A DNA stretch of 64,000 nt, taken from NCBI GenBank assembly GCA_965214705.1, contig CBDCCI010000001.1:320001-384000 (forward strand), given 5' to 3'. Shown in pieces: positions 43,814 through 53,972 of this stretch. Under the pieces are notes generated by a model. It saw nothing but the letters and a program-made list of their open reading frames with translations, searched no databases and was not told where the DNA came from. The number at the start of each line of letters is the position of its first letter. Within the stretch, counting starts at the first letter, position 1. The DNA is from Alphaproteobacteria bacterium. Lineage in GTDB: Bacteria > Pseudomonadota > Alphaproteobacteria > UBA828. The translations under genes and the position numbers were made by a program.

Positions 43814-45058
43814 TCAGTCGAGGCCGGTGCTGCTCTCGCGCAGCGCCGCCACGGCTGTGTCGTCGAGGTCGAGCCAGTCGCGCAGGACCGTGTCGCAGTC
43901 CTCTCCCAGCATCGGCGCCGCGCGGGGATAATCCACCGGTGTCTCCGAGAACTTGATCGGGTTGGCCGGGTAGTCCACCTCGACACCGAGGCTGTGGGGC
44001 ACGCTCACCCTCATGCCCCGCGCCTGGACGTGCGGGTCTTCAAAGACCCGGTCGATGCTGTTGATCGGCCCGCAGGGGACGCCCACCGGCTCCAGCAGGG
44101 CGCTCCACTCGTCGAGCGTCCGCTGCCGGGTGATGCCGTTCAACGTGGCGATCAGCTCCACGCGGTTGCGCAGCCGATCGACGTTGGTCGCGAAGCGCGG
44201 GTCGTCGGGAAGTTCCGGGTGGCCGGCCACGTCGCAGAATTTGCGAAGCTGGCTGTTGTTGCCGATGGCGAGCGCGAAGTGCCCGTCGCGGGTCTCGAAG
44301 ACGCCGTAAGGCACCATGTTCTGATGCTCGTTGCCGGCGCGGGCCGGTGCCTCGCCCCCGATCAGATAGTTCATGGCCTGGTTGGCGAGCCAGGCCACCT
44401 GGGTGTCGAGCAGGGCGAGGTCGATGTGCTGGCCGCGCCCGGAGTGCTCGCGGCTCGCGAGCGCGGCGAGGATCGCCGTCGCCGCGTACATGCCGGTCAT
44501 CAGGTCGGCGGCAGCCACGCCCACCTTCTGCGGTCCGCCGCCGGGCAAGTCGTCGCGCTCGCCGGTGATGCTCATGATGCCGCCCATGGCCTGGGCGATC
44601 AGGTCGTAGCCGGTGCGGTGCGCATAGGGTCCCGACTGGCCGAATCCGGTGATCGAACAATAGATGAGGCGCGGATTGACTTCGCTGAGCGCGGGATAGT
44701 CGAGGCCGAATTTGGCGAGCCCGCCCACCTTGTAATTCTCGATCAGGACGTCCGCGCACTCGACGAGCCGCCTCACCACCACCTGCCCCTCGGGCGCGGC
44801 GAAGTCGAGCGTGATCGAGCGTTTCCCCCGGTTGGCCGACATGTAGTAGGCGGCGTTGTCGGTGGTCTCGGCGCCGGAAGCATCGCGCAGGAAGGGCGGC
44901 CCCCAGGCGCGCGTGTCGTCGCCCACGCCCGGCCGCTCGACCTTGACCACGTCGGCGCCGAAGTCAGCCAGCAGCTGGCCCGCCCAGGGGCCCGCGAGGA
45001 TGCGGCTGAGGTCGAGCACCTTGAGGCCCGCGAGCGGGCCGGATCTTTGCTGTTGCAT
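43814..45058 (-). CDS. CaiB/BaiF family III CoA-transferase
   Basis: VLDLSRILAGP, GDDTRAWGPP, NRGKRS, GYD. Confidence 0.92.
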   Translation of the reverse strand: MQQQRSGPLAGLKVLDLSRILAGPWAGQLLADFGADVVKVERPGVGDDTRAWGPPFLRDASGAETTDNAAYYMSANRGKRSITLDFAAPEGQVVVRRLVECADVLIENYKVGGLAKFGLDYPALSEVNPRLIYCSITGFGQSGPYAHRTGYDLIAQAMGGIMSITGERDDLPGGGPQKVGVAAADLMTGMYAATAILAALASREHSGRGQHIDLALLDTQVAWLANQAMNYLIGGEAPARAGNEHQNMVPYGVFETRDGHFALAIGNNSQLRKFCDVAGHPELPDDPRFATNVDRLRNRVELIATLNGITRQRTLDEWSALLEPVGVPCGPINSIDRVFEDPHVQARGMRVSVPHSLGVEVDYPANPIKFSETPVDYPRAAPMLGEDCDTVLRDWLDLDDTAVAALRESSTGLD

Positions 45059-45067
45059 GGGTGATAC

Positions 45068-45631
45068 CTAGGTGTGGTCCTCGCCGCCGGCGATGATCTC
45101 CAGCGCGCGGAGGTTCTCCCGTGTGGTGTGGTCGAGGGCGATACCGCGCGCGGTGGCCGCGTGGGCGGCGTGACGGACGATCGTGTTGAACCCTTCGATC
45201 TGAGAATCGATCCTGAGACTCCGGCGTCCGGCCTTGAGCGTGAGCTGCATCCAGCCGCGATCGCGCTTCCGCCTGGTGGAATAGTAGCCGAGGGTGCAGC
45301 GGGTCAGCCGCTCCCAGGGCAAGTGCCGGGGCAGGAGGCCGTGCACGGTGATGCCGTCCTCGCTCACGCCGAGCCACGTCCGGTGCCTGAGCAAAGTACG
45401 CACGCCGTAGACGGCGAATAGCGCCGCGAGTGCGCCGAGCACCCAGGCGGCGGGACCGCCGGACGCTGCCAACCCTAGCGGGCCGAGGGTGAACAGCAGG
45501 CCGAGCCCGGAATAGAGATAGTCGAGCAGGACCGCGCGCGGCGGGTAGCGGTGGCGGCTCTCGCCGGCCTCCGCCGCCTCGGCGCTCTCGGATGGGCCCT
45601 CGGGCAGGGCCTCGTGAACGGGCGCGCTCAT
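45068..45631 (-). CDS. Hypothetical membrane protein (2 TM plus PH-like domain)
   Basis: Two hydrophobic segments; ATGA overlap with the upstream ligase. Confidence 0.65.
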   Translation of the reverse strand: MSAPVHEALPEGPSESAEAAEAGESRHRYPPRAVLLDYLYSGLGLLFTLGPLGLAASGGPAAWVLGALAALFAVYGVRTLLRHRTWLGVSEDGITVHGLLPRHLPWERLTRCTLGYYSTRRKRDRGWMQLTLKAGRRSLRIDSQIEGFNTIVRHAAHAATARGIALDHTTRENLRALEIIAGGEDHT

Positions 45632-47289
45632 CGGGAAGCCCCGAGCATCTCGCGCCTGATGCGCACGCCTGCGGCCTCGCGGTCCCAGCTATCCGCGGTG
45701 ATGCCGTCGGCGCGCAGCCTGTGCTTCTCGATCTTCTCTGTCGGCGTCTTGGGCAGGGCGTCGACGATGCGCACGTAGCGCGGGATCATGAAGTGGGCGA
45801 GGCGCGGTTCGAGGAATTCCAGCAGATCGGCCGGCTCCAGCGCCTGCTCTGGCTGGAGCGCGACCACCGCCATGACCTCGTCTTCGCCAAGCTCGCTCGG
45901 CACCGGGACCACGGCGGCCTCGCGCACCGCCGGGTGGGCCGCGACCTCGGTCTCCACCTCCAGGGACGAGATGTTCTCGCCGCGCCGGCGGATCGTGTCC
46001 TTCAGGCGGTCGACGAAGTAGAGGTTGCCGTCCTCGTCCACGCGGCCGGCATCGCCGGTGTGGAACCAACCGTTGCGCCAGGCCCGCGCTGTCGCCTCGG
46101 GCTCCTTGTAGTAGCCGTGGTTGATGGCCCAGGGCGTGTCCGCCCGTACCACGATCTCGCCCACCGCGCCCGTCGGCACCTCACAGTCGTTGGCGTCGAC
46201 CACGCGAAGCTCGCAGCCCGGCCGCACGCGGCCCGCGCTCCCCGGCACGGTCATGGGCACGGTGGTCATCACCGGGCAGCACAGCTCGGTCATGTTGTAG
46301 ATCGAATAGACCTCCAGGCCGAAGCGCTCCATGAACGCGTCGACATCGTTTACCAGCGGCACCATGCCGACCGTGCGCAAGGGGTGGTCGCGGTCATCCG
46401 GCCTGGGCGGCTCCTTCTCCAGGAACTGCGCCATGACACCGAGCAGGAACACCGAGGTCACGCCGGTGCGGCGCACCGTGTCCCAGAACGAGTGCGTCTT
46501 GAAATACTCCACCAGCGTGATCGAGGCGTGCTGGCAGAGCATGCCGTAGGCGATGGTCGCGCCGCCGAGGTGGAAGAGCGGCAGGCTGATAAGGTAGCGG
46601 TCCTCCGGCGTGATGAACTGCCAGGTGTCGGGCCCGAAATTCGAGAACGCGTGACAGTAAGAGCTGAGCACCGCCTTCGACGGGCCCGTGGTACCGGAGG
46701 TGAAGATGATCGATTGCGTGTCCCAGGGCTCGATGGGGCGCTCCAGCGGTGCGAGCGAGCCGCCCTCCGGATGAAGCGCCGCCTCGTCCAGGACGGCGAG
46801 GTCGTCGATGGCGGGCGGCGGGCCGCCGACCGCCACCAGGGTCTTCAGGCTGGCGAGCCCGATGGTGACGAGCCTCGGCGCGAGTTCCGCGTGGGCGACC
46901 ATGAGGCGGGCGTCGGAGCGCGCCACCACGTGCTCCAGCAGCCGGCCCTTGTAGGCCGTGTTGATGGGCACGTAGACCGCGCCCAGATAGTTCGAGCCCA
47001 AGAAGATGCGGAGCGCTTCGGCGCCGTTGGGCAGCCACGAGAGCACGTGATCGCCCTGGCGCACACCCAGCGCCTGCAGGCCGATGGCTGTCTCGATCAC
47101 CTCGGCGCGGGTGCGCGCGTAACTCCACTCCGTGCCGTCCTCGAAGACGCAGAAAACCTTGTCCGGCGTCGCCGCGGCCAGCCGGTCGAGCAGGTAGCGC
47201 AGCACGCACCTGTCCGCTGCCGGGACGCGCGGATCGCTGTGTGACGCCATCGGGTGTTCCACCGCCGTCGCTCGCTCATGGCCCGTCAT
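45628..47289 (-). CDS. AMP-binding acyl-CoA ligase (CaiC-like)
   Basis: FTSGTTGPSK, YNMTE, WFHTGD, RRRGENISS, PKTPTEK. Confidence 0.9.
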   Translation of the reverse strand: MTGHERATAVEHPMASHSDPRVPAADRCVLRYLLDRLAAATPDKVFCVFEDGTEWSYARTRAEVIETAIGLQALGVRQGDHVLSWLPNGAEALRIFLGSNYLGAVYVPINTAYKGRLLEHVVARSDARLMVAHAELAPRLVTIGLASLKTLVAVGGPPPAIDDLAVLDEAALHPEGGSLAPLERPIEPWDTQSIIFTSGTTGPSKAVLSSYCHAFSNFGPDTWQFITPEDRYLISLPLFHLGGATIAYGMLCQHASITLVEYFKTHSFWDTVRRTGVTSVFLLGVMAQFLEKEPPRPDDRDHPLRTVGMVPLVNDVDAFMERFGLEVYSIYNMTELCCPVMTTVPMTVPGSAGRVRPGCELRVVDANDCEVPTGAVGEIVVRADTPWAINHGYYKEPEATARAWRNGWFHTGDAGRVDEDGNLYFVDRLKDTIRRRGENISSLEVETEVAAHPAVREAAVVPVPSELGEDEVMAVVALQPEQALEPADLLEFLEPRLAHFMIPRYVRIVDALPKTPTEKIEKHRLRADGITADSWDREAAGVRIRREMLGASR

Positions 47290-47351
47290 CTCAGACGGCC
47301 CCCTTGTAGCCCGGAGCCGGCTTTGGATTAACCCGGATTTCTATCCGAGGA

Positions 47352-48494
47352 TCAGGCGTCGGTGAGCGCGGCGTCGAGGGCGCGTTGCAGCGTTGCGGCG
47401 GCGCTCTCGATCCCGTGCTGCTTCTGCGCCCGTGCCGCTGCAGCCTCGCCCATCGCCCGGCGCCTCTCTTCGTCGGCACAAAGCTCGACCACCGCGCCGG
47501 CGAAGGCCACGTCGTCCTGGCGCGGCGTGAGCAGCCCGGTCTCGCCACTGGCGACGACCTCGGCAGCGCCGGGCCAATCCTGCGCAACGACGGGGAGGCC
47601 GGCCGCCTGCGCCTCCAGCGTCGCCATGCCGAAGGTCTCCTGGTAGGCGGGCCAGACGTAGAGGTCGCAGGCGGCGTAGACCGCCGGGAGCGCGTCGTCC
47701 GCGCGCGCACCGGCGAAGACCGCGAGACCCGGCCCGACCGGCGCCATCGCCTCCTCCACCAGCCACCGCGCCTCTCCGTCGCCGACGACGAGTAGCTGCC
47801 AGGGCGGGTCCGCGATCAGGTTGAGCGAACGCCCCAGCAGGCGCCAGGAAGCCAGTGCCGCGCCGGTCTGCATCGGGGCGACCGCCAGCAGCCACGGGCG
47901 CGCGGGGTCGAGCGGCAACGCGTCCGCGAGCGCTCTGCGGGTCGCGACGCGGTCTGCCGCCCGGTAGGGCGCGAGGTCGAGGAAGGGCGCCAGCCGGTAG
48001 AGCCGCGCGGTATTCGGGACCAGCGCCCGGATGCTCTCCTCGTCCTCGGCGGTGAGCGAGAGCACCGCCCGTGCCCGCGCGATGGCGCGGGCCGTGTACG
48101 AGAGCCAGCGCGCGTGCGCGCCGCCCGCCTCCGCCCGCGCGTAGGAAGCGCCCACCAGCAGGTAGGGGATGTCGAGCGCCTCCGCCACGGCGGGGCCGAT
48201 CAGGTCCGGCGCCGTGTGGCGGAGGTCGCAGGTGAGCCACGCCTCGGGCCGGGCGACGGCCGGTAGGTCGCGGTAGGCGACGACGAGCTTGCGCGCCCGC
48301 CTGGCGGCCTTTCGCTCGAGCGCCGTTTGCCGGCGGCTGTCTTCGAGACCCTCGTCGCTGTGAAATTCTGTGGGCGCGATGGTGTGGTAGCCGGCGGCCT
48401 CCAGCGCCCGTGCGACCAGGCGCATCAGCCGCGGCCCACCCCACGGCGCGGCGGGGTCGGGACGAGCGGCGGGTGTGTAGAGCGCGATGGGCAT
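47352..48494 (-). CDS. Glycosyltransferase family 4
   Basis: ETFGMATLEAQAAGLPVV, GETGLL. Confidence 0.85.
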   Translation of the reverse strand: MPIALYTPAARPDPAAPWGGPRLMRLVARALEAAGYHTIAPTEFHSDEGLEDSRRQTALERKAARRARKLVVAYRDLPAVARPEAWLTCDLRHTAPDLIGPAVAEALDIPYLLVGASYARAEAGGAHARWLSYTARAIARARAVLSLTAEDEESIRALVPNTARLYRLAPFLDLAPYRAADRVATRRALADALPLDPARPWLLAVAPMQTGAALASWRLLGRSLNLIADPPWQLLVVGDGEARWLVEEAMAPVGPGLAVFAGARADDALPAVYAACDLYVWPAYQETFGMATLEAQAAGLPVVAQDWPGAAEVVASGETGLLTPRQDDVAFAGAVVELCADEERRRAMGEAAAARAQKQHGIESAAATLQRALDAALTDA

Positions 48495-48588
48495 GTCAGG
48501 CGGCGGGCGGCGGCACCGGCGGCATGGGATTTGCGCCTGGCGCCCTCCATCGGCGAATATCCGGCGCCATCAACAGGGAGGACCCCCG

Positions 48589-49296
48589 GTGACCGAGACA
48601 CCCCTCAACGAAGCCGAGTTGGCTGCGCTTCGCGCCTACGACACGCCGACGATCTGCAACGCGCTGGAGATCGTCTGCCCCGAGCGCCGCACCTTCGGCT
48701 TCACGACCGAGACGCTGATCTGCGCCTTCCCGGAGCTTCAGCCGATGGTGGGCTACGCGCGCACCGCTACCATCCGCTCGATGGAGAAGCCCGCGAAGGA
48801 CGGTGACGCGATGACCGCCGACCGCGTGGCCTACTACCGTTACGTGGAGGCGGGGCACCGGCCCGGCATCATGGTCATCCAGGACATCGATTCCCGGCGC
48901 GGCGCGGCGTCGTGGTGGGGCGAGGTGCATTCCGCCGTGCATCAGGCCCTGGGCTGCCTCGGCGTCGTGACCGACGGCGCGGTGCGCGACCTCGACATGA
49001 TCGCCGACGGCTTCCAGCTCATCTCGGGCACGGTGGTTCCTTCTCATGCCTGGGTTCACCTGGTCAGCCACGGTGAGCCCGTGGATGTCTGCGGCATGGT
49101 GACTCACTCGGGCGACCTCGTACACGCCGACCGCCACGGCGCGGTCATCATCCCGCACGAGGCGGCACGCGAGGTGCCGGCGGCGGCCGAGCTCTGCATG
49201 CGACGCGAGGCGCCGATCCTCGCCGCCTGCAAGGAGTCGGGGTTTTCGGCCGACGTGATGGCGCGGGTCCTGGGCGAGGCGAAGGAGATTCACTAG
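48589..49296 (+). CDS. RraA family (HMG/CHA aldolase-like) protein
   Basis: DTPTICNALE, WGEV, TDGAVRD, GDLVHADRHG; GGGAGG RBS before GTG. Confidence 0.87.
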   Translation: MTETPLNEAELAALRAYDTPTICNALEIVCPERRTFGFTTETLICAFPELQPMVGYARTATIRSMEKPAKDGDAMTADRVAYYRYVEAGHRPGIMVIQDIDSRRGAASWWGEVHSAVHQALGCLGVVTDGAVRDLDMIADGFQLISGTVVPSHAWVHLVSHGEPVDVCGMVTHSGDLVHADRHGAVIIPHEAAREVPAAAELCMRREAPILAACKESGFSADVMARVLGEAKEIH

Positions 49297-49430
49297 TCTG
49301 CAGCCCTCGCCACGGTCTCGGCCCTTGACGCTGCGGCCGGCATCGGTGGAATGGACACGTTGAAAACGACTCGCATAGCCACTCGGCAGGTCGGCCGGGC
49401 CGCGGTATAATCGCGCGAGCGGAGGTACGC

Positions 49431-50882
49431 ATGCGCACTCGAATCATCCACCTCATCAATCCTCAGACCAACCAGTTCACGACGCGCCCGATGTACTTCA
49501 ACCGGGCGCTCTATTCGCCGCTGGCGGGTCTGCTGGCGGTGGCGGCGGTGATTCCGCAGGACCGCTACGAAGTCGTGATGACCGACGAGAACATCGAGGA
49601 CATCGACTTCGACCTGAAGGTCGACATGGTCGGAATCTCGGCCATGACGAGCTACATCAAGCGCGGCTACGAGATTGCCGACCGCTACCGCGCGAAAGGT
49701 GTGCCCGTGGTCATAGGTGGCGTGCATGCGAGCTTCATGCCCCAGGAGGCACTCCAGCACTGCGACGCCGTTGTGATCGGCGAGGCCGAGCTGGTCATGC
49801 CCAAGCTCCTGGACGATCTGGATCACGGCGAGGTCAAGGGCATCTACCGCGCCGACACGCTGCACCCCATGGTCGACGTGCCCATTCCCCGCTACGACCT
49901 GGTGAAGAAGAACCGCTACGTCAACCGCACCTTCGTCCAGACCTCGCGCGGCTGCCACCAGGGCTGCACCTTCTGCGCCGAGCCGCTGATGAACGGGCTC
50001 AAGTTCCGTTACCGGCCGGTCGACGAGGTGATCCGCGAGATCGAGATGTGCGGGCAGCGCACGATCTCCCTCAACGACGCCGATTTCTTCGGCACCGAGG
50101 AGCGGCCCAAGGAGGTGATGCGGGCGCTCAGGGGGCGCGGCATCCGCTGGCAGGCTGCCGCTACCAGCAAGCTCGCCCAGAAGGACGAGATGCTGGAGCT
50201 CGCGGCCGAGAGTGGCTGCTACATGCTGAGCATCGGCTTCGAATCGATCTCGCGCGAAACGCTCAAGCGCGTCCACAAGTACGTCAACCGGCCGGAGCAG
50301 TTCGCGGCGCTGGTGGAGAAGATCCACAGCTACGGGATCATGGTCTTCGGGCTCTTCATGTTCGGCTTCGGCGGCGACGACGAGACCGTGTTCGACGAGA
50401 CGACGAACTTCAACATCGACGCCAAGTACGACGCCTGCGCCTATTCGGTGCTGACCCCCTATCCCGGCACGCTCACCTGGTACGAGATGAAGAAGGCCGG
50501 GCAGATCGTCTCCTACGACTGGGATCTCTACGACCAGGGGCACATCGTCTACCAGCCCGAGAAGCTCAGCACCCAGACGCTGCGCGAAGGCCACATGCGG
50601 GCCTACAGAAACTTCTACTCGCTGCCCTCGATCGCCAAGCGCTTCCCGCTCACCGGCTCGCGCAACCGGCTCCACTGGAGCATCTACAACGGCTTCTTCC
50701 GTCGGGGCGAGGTGACGGGACGGGCGATGGAGAAGCCGATCGCGGATGCCACGCCCGAGCCCACGACCATCCCGGTGCCGCCGATCATGCCGCAGAAGCG
50801 CGAATGGCGTGAGATGGTGGCCGAGGGCATCGGCCCGATGCCGGCCCCGCAGACCGAGCGCGAGCTGCGCAGCCAGGCTTGA
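49431..50882 (+). CDS. B12-binding domain radical SAM protein
   Basis: GGVHAS and GEAE cobalamin-binding domain; SRGCHQGCTFC (CxxxCxxC); GFES, TPYPGT. Confidence 0.9.
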   Translation: MRTRIIHLINPQTNQFTTRPMYFNRALYSPLAGLLAVAAVIPQDRYEVVMTDENIEDIDFDLKVDMVGISAMTSYIKRGYEIADRYRAKGVPVVIGGVHASFMPQEALQHCDAVVIGEAELVMPKLLDDLDHGEVKGIYRADTLHPMVDVPIPRYDLVKKNRYVNRTFVQTSRGCHQGCTFCAEPLMNGLKFRYRPVDEVIREIEMCGQRTISLNDADFFGTEERPKEVMRALRGRGIRWQAAATSKLAQKDEMLELAAESGCYMLSIGFESISRETLKRVHKYVNRPEQFAALVEKIHSYGIMVFGLFMFGFGGDDETVFDETTNFNIDAKYDACAYSVLTPYPGTLTWYEMKKAGQIVSYDWDLYDQGHIVYQPEKLSTQTLREGHMRAYRNFYSLPSIAKRFPLTGSRNRLHWSIYNGFFRRGEVTGRAMEKPIADATPEPTTIPVPPIMPQKREWREMVAEGIGPMPAPQTERELRSQA

Positions 50883-51214
50883 GCGTCCGCGTCGCTGCCG
50901 GCACCCGGCCGAAGGAGTTTTTGCAAAACGAACCCAATCTCTCGTAACACATTGATGTAGTTGAATATATTATCGAGCCAAGGGACCGCTGCCCCTCTCC
51001 CGGATATCTCACCACGGCCGTGGTGAGCAAGGCGGGTTAGCTCTTCTGTCCCTAAAGACAATTGGGATTGTCCTTTAGGCTGATAGAGAGCGATCGATTG
51101 CCACGGGCCGGCCGGGCTGACTATGATCGCCACCTGGAGGAGTTCGCCGTACCGGCGGATTCCGCAATGAGCATCGCGCCGATGGATGAGCGCGATGCAA
51201 CAGGGAGCAGTCCA

Positions 51215-51312
51215 ATGTCTAGATTGTCGATGTCACTGGCGGCGGCACTCATGGTTGCCGGCGCCCTTGTCCTTGCGCGCGGGGCCGATGCGGCCTGCGG
51301 CAAGGTGACCAT
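51215..51312 (+). pseudogene. 5' part (signal peptide) of a glycine betaine/choline-type ABC substrate-binding protein, interrupted by an insertion
   Basis: GGGAG RBS; MSRLSMSLAAALMVAGALVLARGADAACGKVT joins in frame to IAEMTWAS at 53977 once the element is removed. Confidence 0.88.
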
Positions 51313-51541
51313 GAACGAAGCCGCTACGCGGAGTTAGCGGCGTAGAGTTCATTCATTTCCGAGGCGTCGCGGGTGCCGTTTGCCCTGTGCGTTCGCTTCC
51401 CGGTTGCGTCAGTGGCGCTCCGCCCGTCGGGTGGCGGATCCCCAGCAGCCTCCCGATCACCAGTGGTTAGCATCGACCCCTGCGACGGACCGTCGCCGGA
51501 TCGGTCCGGCGGCGCGCCGTCGCGATCCAGGGAGATCGATA

Positions 51542-52420
51542 ATGACCGGGACCGCGTGCGACACGAACACCGTCACCCCTCTTCGCCAGCGCATGGAGGA
51601 GCAGCTCCGCATCGCCAATCTGGCCGCGAGCACGTCCAAGGCCTACATCTGCGAGATCAAGAACCTGGCCAGGTACTACGACGCCTCGCCGGACGAGCTC
51701 GACGCCGAGCAGGTGCGCCAGTGGTACCTGGGGCGGATCGACAAGGGGCTCAGTCCGGGCACGACCAACGTCTCCTTCGCCGCGCTGAACTTCCTCTACA
51801 TCGACACACTCGGCTGGCCTGACCACGTCGCCGGCCTGCGCTCCCGCAAGAAGCCCGGCAAGCTGCCGCGCTACATGTCGGAGCAGGAGGTCGAGCACCT
51901 CATCCTTGCGACGCCCGACCTCCGCCACCGTGCTGCCATTGTCACCGGCTATGGCGGCGGGCTCCGCATCTCCGAGACCTTGGCCATCAAGGTCGGCGAC
52001 ATCCTGTCGGAGAAGAAGCTGCTGCACATCCCCTCCGGCAAAGGCGGCACCGAGAGAATGGCACCGTTGCCGGACAGCGTCATCCACTACTTGCGCGCCT
52101 ACTACAGGAACATCTGGCCGCGTCCGACGAGCTGGCTCTTCTACGGCGTCTCGCTCGACAGGCCCATCGCAACGGAGACCTTGCAGGCCGCCTTCAGGAG
52201 GGCGCGCGACATTGCCGAGCTCGACCGCAGCTACACCTTCCATTGCCTGCGCCATTCGGCGGCGACCCATCTCCTCGAGCGCGGCGGCGATATCGAGGTG
52301 ATCCGGGACATGCTCGGCCATCGAAGCGCGAACACGACCCGTCACTACGCCCGCGTCACCGGCAAGATGTTCGAGGGCCTCGACCACCCGATCTCAGGCT
52401 TCGCAGCGTTGCGCAACTGA
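51542..52420 (+). CDS. Tyrosine recombinase/integrase with N-terminal SAM-like domain
   Basis: Catalytic set R (GLRISE), K (GKGG), HxxR (HCLRH), H (LGH), Y (TTRHY); N-terminal TPLRQRM; GGGAG RBS. Confidence 0.93.
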   Translation: MTGTACDTNTVTPLRQRMEEQLRIANLAASTSKAYICEIKNLARYYDASPDELDAEQVRQWYLGRIDKGLSPGTTNVSFAALNFLYIDTLGWPDHVAGLRSRKKPGKLPRYMSEQEVEHLILATPDLRHRAAIVTGYGGGLRISETLAIKVGDILSEKKLLHIPSGKGGTERMAPLPDSVIHYLRAYYRNIWPRPTSWLFYGVSLDRPIATETLQAAFRRARDIAELDRSYTFHCLRHSAATHLLERGGDIEVIRDMLGHRSANTTRHYARVTGKMFEGLDHPISGFAALRN

Positions 52421-52426
52421 CGGCGC

Positions 52427-53668
52427 GTGGAGGCCGAACGCGCGGGCGTGGCGGAGATCCTCCGCCGCGCCGGCGCCGCTTTCCGTGAGCGCCACAAAGG
52501 GCGCATCGACGCCGCCCGGCTCAAGGTCATGGGCGCCATCGAGGCGTGCCGCACCGCCGTGCTCGGCGGCCACATGTACGCCTGCGAGGGCTGCGGGCGC
52601 GAGCATCCGCTCTTCAACTCCTGCCGCAACCGCCACTGCCCGACCTGCCAGGGTCTCGCCGCCAACCTCTGGAGCGAGGCCCGCGCCGGGGACATCCTGC
52701 CGGTGCCCTACTTCCATGTGGTCTTCACCCTGCCCAAGGAGGTCGCCGCCATTGCCTTCTGCAACCGAAGGGTGGTGTTCGACATCCTCTTCCGGGCCGT
52801 CGCCGAGACCCTGCGCACCATCGCCGCCGATCCCCACCACGGTGGCATGCGCATCGGCGGCACCGCGGTCCTCCATACCTGGGATCAGAAGCTCCGCTTC
52901 CACCCGCACCTGCACGTGGTCGTGCCCAACGCGGGCTTCGACGTAGACAGCGGCGAGTGGAAGACGGGGAGCACCACCTTCCTCGCCCCCGTCAAGGTCC
53001 TCGGCAGCCTGTTCCGCCGCCTCTTCCTCGAGGAGCTCGCCCGCGCCCACGGCCGGGGGGACCTGGAGTTCCACGGCACCCTCGCCCACCTCGCCAATCC
53101 CGGCGAGTTCCACGCCACGCTTGCCGCCGCCCGGGCCAGGGACTGGGTGGTCTACGCCAAGCGGCCCTTCCGCGGGCCTGAGCAGGTCTTCCGGTACCTG
53201 TCGCACTACACGCACAGAATCGCCATCTCCGACAGCCGCATCGTCTCCTTCGACGGCGAGACGGTCTCCTTCCGCCACCGAAAGCCGAAGGCGCCGGGGC
53301 AGAGAAAGCCGCGCTACGGCATCGCCACCGTGAGCGCAGACGAGTTCATCCGCCGCTTCCTGAGGCACGTCCTGCCGGACGGCATGCACCGCATTCGCTA
53401 CTTCGGCATTCTCGCCAACGGCTGTCGCGCCAGCACGCTGGAGAGAGCACGCCAGACTCTCGGCGCCCTCGGCTGCGCCGTCCCCGAGGAAAGCGTGGGC
53501 GGCGCTCGGGCCGAGCCCGACGAAGAGACCGTGATCGACACCGCGCCCGTGGCCTGCCCCCACTGCGGCGGCGTCATGCGCCTCGTCCGCGAAATCCGCC
53601 GCCGCCATGAGCCCCGCTCGACGCGCGGTCCGCCGGCCGTGCCGCCGACCCACAGGGGGAAACCGTGA
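52427..53668 (+). CDS. IS91-family Y2 (HUH) transposase
   Basis: Zn-binding CEGC..SCRNRHCPTC, YFHVVFTLP, HTW..HPHLH (HUH), YLSHY (YxxxY), EFIRRFLRHVLP..RYFG, C-terminal CPHC. Confidence 0.93.
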   Translation: MEAERAGVAEILRRAGAAFRERHKGRIDAARLKVMGAIEACRTAVLGGHMYACEGCGREHPLFNSCRNRHCPTCQGLAANLWSEARAGDILPVPYFHVVFTLPKEVAAIAFCNRRVVFDILFRAVAETLRTIAADPHHGGMRIGGTAVLHTWDQKLRFHPHLHVVVPNAGFDVDSGEWKTGSTTFLAPVKVLGSLFRRLFLEELARAHGRGDLEFHGTLAHLANPGEFHATLAAARARDWVVYAKRPFRGPEQVFRYLSHYTHRIAISDSRIVSFDGETVSFRHRKPKAPGQRKPRYGIATVSADEFIRRFLRHVLPDGMHRIRYFGILANGCRASTLERARQTLGALGCAVPEESVGGARAEPDEETVIDTAPVACPHCGGVMRLVREIRRRHEPRSTRGPPAVPPTHRGKP

Positions 53669-53930
53669 GACGCCCGCTCGCTTCGGCCCCGCGCAACGGC
53701 GCCAAAGCGCCGACGCACGACCGAACCTGTCTCCGCTTGGGCCGGGCTGACAGCCCTCGGCTCACACCCCGCTCAGTCCTCGCAGCGTGCGCCCGCATGC
53801 CTGCCGAAAGGCCGGCGCGAGCGTCGATCTCATGCGCAACTCTGCTGCCGGTGGATGCCGCCTGACGCTGACATCAGCGCACTTTCCACATAGCTCAACT
53901 TCGCCTCTCGTGGCCCGCGCCTCCGTTCAA

Positions 53931-53972
53931 AAGGGTTGGGCAGGCTCTCGAGAGAGAGCCTGCCCAACCCTT
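53931..53972. repeat. Perfect 19-bp terminal hairpin with GAGA tetraloop at the right end of the element
   Basis: aagggttgggcaggctctc-gaga-gagagcctgcccaaccctt. Confidence 0.95.

Noticed and set aside
51455-51500. Short matches in the element leader to the target and donor junctions (gaccgtcgccg vs target gaccatcgccg; tggtta vs taacca), hinting at RNA-guided targeting
   Set aside because: The matches are 6-11 nt in high-GC DNA and partly explained by a local hairpin. Covariation across several insertions would be needed before claiming a guide.
53931-53972. GTTGGGC/GCCCAAC boxes resembling integron attC cores
   Set aside because: The order is reversed relative to attC (RYYYAAC...GTTRRRY), there are no extrahelical bases or cassette array, and the recombinase lacks the IntI-specific insertion.
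53931-53972. Hairpin as a simple rho-independent terminator
   Set aside because: There is no proper U-tract on the plus strand, and its position exactly at the element boundary favours a recombination or replication role.
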